64,000 bases of DNA from NCBI RefSeq assembly GCF_964355755.1, contig NC_092673.1, positions 11,628,948 to 11,692,947 on the forward strand. The letters are read 5' to 3'. The number at the start of each line of letters is the position of its first letter. Position 1 is the stretch's first letter. Shown in pieces: positions 63,012-64,000 of this stretch. The notes under the pieces were generated by a model. That model was not told the DNA's origin. It made no database searches and was given only the letters and a program-made list of their open reading frames with translations. This stretch comes from Antedon mediterranea. Taxonomy: Eukaryota; Animalia; Echinodermata. The position numbers were made by a program, and so were the translations under genes.

Positions 63012-63170
63012 TAGGTATCCCAATGTAAAAATTCAAATTAATGATGGTACTTTTTCTTTCAGTTAATCAAAAGGAACTTAAAGAAAATAAACATTTGCAA
63101 TTTAAATGATAGAAATCGGATTATCAATTCAAAAGTTATCGTCCGTTGAAGTTGCCAAAAAACGACGATA
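63012..63170. mobile_element. Isolated left end of the hATw-like family
   Basis: Near-identical to 5013-5170. Confidence 0.8.
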
Positions 63171-64000
63171 TTCATAAACTCTGAAAGAGAAATCACTACA
63201 TGTCAAACTTAAAAACTTTAGAGCCAATTTTGTAATACATGCCTATGTTTATTATAGCTTTTCAGAATTAAATGCAAAAACAATACTTCTTATTCAACTT
63301 TTAGTCAGTTGTGTATGGCTTGGTGGTCTGTGCTCGCGTCTATAGCATTCAAGGTACCGAAATCGAGTCTCACCTTGGGAAACAAAAGGAAATAAGTTTT
63401 TGAATATCCGTATTGTCAATTTTATTTCTTAGTGTATAGATTATACGCATGATTTATAATGAAATCTAGGACAAATGTAACTTATATCTTTATTATTATA
63501 TAACAAAGGGGGTTTATGACATTATACCCAGAGAGATCTTTGATCAGATTGTGATACCGGCTATTGTATTTGCTAGATCCTATCTTTCATAAATTATAAA
63601 TAATTAAAGATTCCTGAAAATGGTTCTTGTAAAAATCAATGCATATAACTATAATTCGTCATAGTGACGAATTAAATCTAGTTTATTATTGATATTGTGC
63701 CAAAGATTTGTAAATGTGAAAATTATCTTTAATAAGGGAGCGTGCCCAAATGTTTCAACTTTGTTAATCGTGTTGATCAACAATGCTCTATTTATGCAAG
63801 CTGATTTACATACGTTTCTACAGCGTTAGGTTAGTGTAGTGATGCGAACAGTATTTCAATAAACCAGCGGAGTTCCCCCTGAAAGCATTGTGACGTATTG
63901 TGTGTTTGGCAGATCCTGCTAGCGACGTAAAGCTATATTTATCGCATCAGACATGATTATGAATATGAATATACTTACTAGTTACTTATATTTTAACTGA

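Overview
AT-rich animal genomic DNA with spliceosomal GT-AG introns and dense transposons. It is probably a marine invertebrate deuterostome, possibly an echinoderm, inferred from Deu-type SINEs and the TE repertoire. Two convergent host genes are present. (1) The 3' ten exons (1375-30721, +) of a betaglycan/TGFBR3-like ZP-domain TGF-beta co-receptor. All splice phases join cleanly, and the cytoplasmic tail is non-vertebrate and carries a PPxY motif. (2) A three-coding-exon STAND NTPase gene (NB-ARC-like + winged helix + TPRs; 38934-34688, -, about 1274 aa). It has no N-terminal effector domain, a roughly 460-aa internally repeated C-terminal tail, and a decayed duplicate of that tail just past its stop codon. 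The rest is mobile DNA. The most striking structure is a five-deep nest at about 45.1-55.2 kb with legible junctions for the four inner layers: old TIR element > CCC/2-bp-TSD EnSpm-like element with satellite-like arms > 9-bp-TSD MULE-like element > Sola2 element > Deu-type SINE. Also present are 7-bp-TSD hAT-like elements, Kolobok, Tc2/pogo and Harbinger MITEs, Helentron-type elements, a 5S-derived element, a decayed CR1 LINE and a decayed BEN-domain ORF. All family assignments come from motif reading, not database searches.
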